From: an uncultured Gammaproteobacteria bacterium | GTDB lineage: Bacteria; Pseudomonadota; Gammaproteobacteria; UBA9214 | Assembly: GCA_963748215.1 (NCBI GenBank) | Contig: CAVVHS010000009.1 | Span: forward strand, 320,001 to 384,000 | Length of the DNA: 64,000 nt | Direction: 5' to 3' | Shown here: positions 58,344 to 64,000 of the stretch, piece by piece | How the letters are laid out: each line of letters begins with the position of its first letter | How positions within the stretch are numbered: the stretch's first letter is position 1 | The notes under the pieces: generated by a model | Database searches by the model: none | Told to the model about the DNA's origin: nothing | What the model saw: the letters and a program-made list of their open reading frames with translations, nothing else | Program-made: the position numbers and the translations under genes

Positions 58344-61300
58344 TCAACGTGAATAATGCCCCAACCGGCAGCGTGACGATCGACAACATCACTCCTGCCG
58401 AGGGTGACACGCTCACCGCATCCAACACCCTGGCCGATGTGGACGGCCTCAGTGGTCCGGTCAGTTACCAGTGGTACCGTGACGGGCTGGCGATCGGCGG
58501 CGCGACAGGAACAACGTATACCACTACACAGGCCGACGTGGGCGCAGTGATTTCGGTGGCTGGCAGTTACACCGATGACCAGGGCACAGTCGAGAGCGTG
58601 AGCAGCGCGGGCACCGCCGCGGTCACCAACGTCAATAATGCCCCGACGGGTGCGGTGACGATCGACAACACCACGCCGGCCGAAGGCGATACGCTCACGG
58701 CATCAAACATCCTGGCCGATGTCGATGGACTTAGTGGCCCGATCAGCTACCAGTGGTACCGTGATGGCGTGTCGATCGGTGGGGCCACAGCCTCCACCTA
58801 CACGACGGTCCAGGCCGACGTCGGTGCAGTAATCACTGTAATAGCGAGCTATACCGACGACCAGGGTACGGCCGAGAGCGTGAGCAGCACCGGTACGTCA
58901 GCAGTCACCAACGTCAACAATGCCCCGACGGGTTCCGTCAATATCGGTGGTACGCCGACCGAGGACCAGATGCTCACGGCCTCGAACACCCTGGCGGATG
59001 TGGATGGTATGGGGCCGGTTTCGTACCAGTGGTACCGGGATGGTGTCGCCATCGTCGGCGCAACCGCGAGCACCTATATCCTCGGTGATGCCGATGTGGG
59101 TACGACGATTACGGTCGCGGCCAGCTACACCGACGGTCAGGGTACGAATGAGAGCGTGACCAGTGCCGGTGTGGGTCCGATCGCCAATGTTAATGACGTG
59201 CCGACCGGCAGCGTCACGATCGACAACACTACGCCGGCCGAGGGCGACACGCTGACGGCTGCCAACACCCTGGCCGATGTCGACGGCCTGAGCGGGGCGA
59301 TCAGTTACCAGTGGTATCGTGACGGTGTGGCGATCGGTGGGGCTGCCAATAGTACCTATACCACCGTACAGACGGATGTGGGTGCCGTAATCAGCGTGGT
59401 CGCCAGCTACACCGACGACCAGGGTACACCCGAGAGTGTCAGCAGTACGGGTACCGCGGCAGTCACCAACGTCAACAATACCCCGACGGGTTCCGTCAAC
59501 ATCGGCGGTACGCCGACCGAGGACCAGACGCTCACGGCCTCGAACACCCTGGCGGATGTGGACGGGATGGGGCCGGTCTCGTACCAGTGGTACCGGGATG
59601 GTGTCGCCATCGTCGGCGCGACCGGAAGCACCTATACCCTGGGTGATGCCGATGTCGGTACGACGATGACGGTCGCGGCCAGCTACACCGACGGGCAGGG
59701 TACGAGTGAGAGTGTGACCAGCGCCGGTGTGGGTCCGATTGCCAGCGTCAACGATGTACCAGCAGGCCAGCCGGTCATTACCGGTACGGTAGCCGAGGAC
59801 CAGGTGCTCACGGCAGACACCTCCGGCATCAGCGATGCGGACGGGCTGGGTACCTTTGGTTACCAGTGGTATCGCGATGGCATGGCCATCGGCGGTGCGA
59901 CGAACTCCACCTATACCCTGGGTGATGCCGATGTCGGCGCCACGATATCCGTCGAGATCAGTTACACCGACGGGCAGGGAACCAGTGAGGCGATTACCAG
60001 CGCCGGTGTGGGTCCGGTTGTGAACGTGAACGATGCACCGGCTGGGCTACCGGTTATTGCCGGCACACCTGTGGAAGATCAGATAATCACGGTTGATACA
60101 ACAGGCATCACTGATGCCGACGGCATCAGCGGTGCGTTCAGCTACCAGTGGTACCGCGATGGTGTCGCCATTGCCGGTGCAAATGGCGGGGGCTATATCC
60201 TTGGGGATGCGGATGTTGGCGCAATCATTACCGCTACCGTCAGCTACGTCGATGACCAGGGCGCCAGTGAGTCCGTTTCCAGTGCCGGTGTCGGCCCGAT
60301 TGCCAATGTCAATGATGCGCCGACCGGCAGCGTTTTTATCGACAACATGACACCGGCTGAGGGCGACATGCTCACCGCGTCAAACTTCCTCGTTGACGCC
60401 GATGGCCTGAGCGGTGCGATCAGTTACCAGTGGTACCGGGATGGCATCGCCATCGGCGGTGCAACAGCCTCCACCTACACCAGCGTGCAGGCAGATGTGG
60501 GCGCCATGATCAGCGTGGTGGCAAATTACACCGACGACCAGGGCACCAGCGAGAGTGTCAGCAGCGCCAGCACGGCGGCGGTCACCAACGTCAACAATGC
60601 CCCGACCGGCAGCGTCATCATCGATAACATGACACCGGCCGAAGGCGACACCTTGACCGCCAGCAACACCCTGGCGGATGTCGATGGCCTGAGTGGCCCA
60701 ATCGGTTACCAGTGGTATCGCGACGGGGTTGCCATCGGTGGAGCCACCGGCAGTGCCTATACCACCGTGCAGGCCGACGTCGGTGCGGTAATTACCGTCG
60801 TGGCGAGCTACACCGATGACCAGGGCACGGCCGAAAGCATAAGCAGCGCCGGGACCGCGGCGGTCACCAACGTCAACAATGCTCCGACCGGTGCGGTGAG
60901 CATCAGCGGCACACCGGCCGAGGATCAGACGCTTACGGCCTCGAACACGCTGGCGGATGTCGACGGGCTTGGAGCCATCAGCTACCAGTGGTACCGCGAT
61001 GGTATTGCCATTGCCGGTGCGACTGGAAGCGCCTATACCCTCGGTGACGCCGATGTAGGTGCCACGATAACGGTGGCCGCCAGCTATACCGACGGACAGG
61101 GTACAAATGAGAGTATGACCAGTAACGGAGTGGGTCCGGTGGTCAACGTGAACGATGCTCCAACGGGCAGTGTCACCATCGAAAACCCGACGCCGGCCGA
61201 GGGTGACATGCTGACGGCGAGCAACACCCTGGCAGACGCTGATGGCCTGAGCGGTGCGATCAGCTACCAATGGTACCGGGATGGCGTGGCCATTGCCGGT

Positions 61301-62902
61301 GCCACGGGATCGAATTACACCACAGTGCAGGGAGACGTCGGTAGCGTCATTACGGTGGTGGCAAGCTACACCGACGATCAGGGCACGGCCGAGAGTGTGA
61401 GCAGTACGGACACAGCGGCAGTCACCAACGTCAACAATGCCCCGACGGGTTCAGTGAGCATCAGCGGCACGCCGGCAGAAGACCAGGCGCTCACCGCCTC
61501 TAACACGCTGGCGGATGTGGATGGTATGGGACCGGTCTCCTATCAGTGGTATCGGGATGGTGTTGCCATTACCAGCGCGACCAGGTCCTTCTATACCCTG
61601 GGAGATGCTGATGTGGGCGCGATGATTACCGTCGCCACCAGCTATACCGACGGGCAGGGTACCAGTGAGAGCGTGACCAGTGCGGGCGTAGGTCCGGTTG
61701 CCAATGTCAATGATCTGCCAGGTGGCTTGCCGGCCATCACAGGCATGGCGCAGGAAGACCAGGTCCTGGTCGCCGACACATCCACCATCAGCGATGCTGA
61801 CGGTCTCGGAGCCTTCAGCTATCAGTGGTTGCGTGACGGATCAGCCATAGCCGGTGCCACCGGCAGTACCTATGCCCTGGACGATGCCGACGTCGGTAGC
61901 CAGATCAGTGTGACGACCAGTTACATCGATGCCAAGGGTACTGCAGAGAGCCTGACTTCAGCGCAGACCGCGCCGGTCGCGAATGTGAATGATATTCCGA
62001 CCGGTGCCGTGACGATCGATAACCTGATGCCGGGTGAGGGCGACACCATCAGCGTCAGTCATACGCTGGCGGATGCCGATGGTATCAGCGGCCCGATCAG
62101 TTATCAGTGGTACCGCGGTGGCGTCGCCATTGCCGGGGCAACCGGCATGACCTATACGACCACCCAGGCCGATGTCGGTACTGTCATTACCGTAGAGGCG
62201 AGTTACACCGATGATCAGGGTTTCGCCGAGAGCCAAAGCAGTGTGGGCGCGCTGGTTGCGGGTGTTTTTGTCGACCCCAGTGAAGATACAACTGATGAAA
62301 CAGTTGTGCCGCAAACAGAACCCCCTGTGGTTTTGCGTGACAGCATTGGCGCGACCCCGGTGGGAAATGAAGAGCAATCCGGTGTAATGAAGGAAATAAT
62401 TGCCATCCACGAAGTTGCAGCGGAAGGCGATACCGATTACCGGGTCGATCCGTATCAGTATCTGGACGATGCTGACCTTGAACTGGATGAAGTTCGGAAA
62501 GACAACGTTATAAAACATGCGGTGCGCAGTATTGTCCAGGCCGGGTATCAGATAACCGAGGAGATGCTGCAACTGTTTGATCTTGTACGTATCAAGATGA
62601 GTGAAGTGGACGATCAGCCGGCGAGTGGAGTTATCAAGTCTGTGGGTGGTCTCGCCCTGTCTGTGTCTGCGGGCGTTGTGAGCTGGGTGCTTCGCGGCGG
62701 TGCCCTTGCTGCGAGTATGCTGTCATCAGTCTCTGTGCTGAAAGGGTTTGATCCCTTGCCAGTCATGGACATGAATCCCAAGAAGGGTAACCGTCCCGGG
62801 CATGAAGATGATGCAGACAGTGATGTTGATAATATGTTCGAAGAGGCGGATCTGGAAGAGAAGGGAGAAGCTTCGCAGACAGCAGGGAAAGCGGATAAAT
62901 GA
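58330..62902 (+). CDS. Large repetitive surface protein/adhesin, 5'-truncated; 14 Ig-like repeats and a conserved hydrophobic C-terminus
   Basis: 14 units of ~92-94 aa (NVNNAPTG...YQWYRDG...YTDDQG), acidic linker, SVSAGVVSWVLRGGALAASMLSS...FDPLPV; no plausible start or signal. Confidence 0.85.
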
Positions 62903-64000
62903 CAAGACTTGGTCCTGCGATGCGAATAAGCCTCGGCCTGATCATGGCCGTAGTTTCCATTATCCTGCTGTCTGACCTGATCGGAATTATTCCGGACCGC
63001 TCATCAGCCGTGATTGATGGCAGAAAACGAATCGCAGAGACAGTGGCCGTACAGTACTCTATGGCAGTCAGAAAAAACGATTACGACTCCATTGAGTCCA
63101 GCCTCAAGATGCTGGTCGAGCGGAATGACGACGTGCTCTCTGCAGCATTGCGTGCAGAGAATGGCAGATTGATTGCAGTATCGGGTGATCATGAAGCCCA
63201 CTGAGATGCCAGTCTTGGCGACAAGTCTACTGCCACCCAAATGCAGGTTCCGTTGTATAAGAATGCGCGTTTGAAACAGAAATGGGGCAGCGTTGAATTG
63301 CGCTTCAGGCCTGTAAACCGGACCAATATTCTCGGATTCGGAATCAGTCCCATGCTGGTGCTGACGCTGTTTGTTGCAATCTTCGGATTTCTCGTCTTCC
63401 TGTTTCTTGTCAAGAAAATATTCACATCTATCGATCCCGGCTCGGTGGTTCCCTCGCGGGTCAAACGTGCGCTGGATACGTTGACCGAAGGTGTGCTGCT
63501 GATTGATAACAAGGGCATGATCCTGTTCGTGAATACAACGTTCCTGACAGCCACCGGTACCCGTGAAAAGGAACTGATTGGGAAGCGGGCGGTGAGCCTG
63601 CGCTGGAAGAACATTGATGGCGAGATCCCCTGGTTGAAGACGCTGCAATCCGGTGACAGTGCTACAGGTGAAACAATAGCGCTCGAAACTCCCGGCCAGG
63701 CCGACAGGCAGTTTACCGTTAACAGTTCGCCCGTGCTTGATGAAAAGGGTGTCCGCAAGGGTGCCATGGTGACATTTGATGATGTCACCGAACTGGAAGA
63801 AAGAAATGATGCGCTCAGGGAGATGGTCAATAAGCTCAGGGAGTCTTCGGAGGTAATCAACAGGAAAAACGAGGAACTGCTCATCCTGGCAACCCACGAT
63901 CCGTTGACCAACTGCAAGAACAGGCGCGTACTCTTCAGCAAGTATGAAGGTGTCTATCACGACGCCGTTGATGAAAAGAGCGAATTCAGCTGTCTCATGA
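62899..64000 (+). CDS. Membrane PAS/GGDEF diguanylate cyclase-like protein; in-frame TGA at 63202; runs off right edge
   Basis: The frame continues past TGA: DASLGDKSTATQMQVPL...VVPSRVKRALDTLTEGVLLID (PAS)...TFDDVT...LATHDPLTNCKNRR. Confidence 0.8.

Noticed and set aside
63202-63204. Selenocysteine or recoded TGA in the GGDEF gene
   Set aside because: The position (EAH*) fits a Trp TGG>TGA change in a non-catalytic periplasmic region; other genes here use TGA as stop and no SECIS-like hairpin is evident.

Overview
Mosaic accessory region, most likely from a marine or sediment Gammaproteobacterium with sulfur-oxidiser genes (aprMBA); the taxonomy is inferred. Left to right: (i) a defence block (AbiEii/AbiEi type IV TA divergent from a complete jetABCD Wadjet operon); (ii) an MscK-like channel, a Y1/RAYT HUH transposase with 18-bp inverted ends and a Phd/RelE TA pair; (iii) a ~25-kb Na+/pH/stress island (NhaR-like LysR, an nhaA relic, CPA2 and CaCA antiporters, P-type ATPase, an Mrp-like operon, two Usp genes, and an HPF-YccA-CBS-DUF533-eRF1-like operon); (iv) a lone FKBP gene; (v) aprMBA plus accessory genes between two decayed rve-type transposases; (vi) GAF-HlyD, a truncated M50 peptidase, a 14-repeat adhesin and a PAS/GGDEF gene. 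The most unusual signal is non-coding. Five co-oriented 250-420 bp elements (about 8.15, 14.98, 40.57, 42.26 and 55.36 kb) sit at the block boundaries. Each looks like an integrase attP site (arm-like repeats, phased TGCA repeats, IHF-like boxes). Its core is a tRNA 3' half split in the T-loop by a conserved 82-83 nt four-hairpin insert, and in two copies the left and right tRNA halves do not match. No integrase and no intact tRNA is present in the window. Many genes carry single +1 frameshifts, which may be consensus errors. No database searches were run; all calls come from motif recognition.
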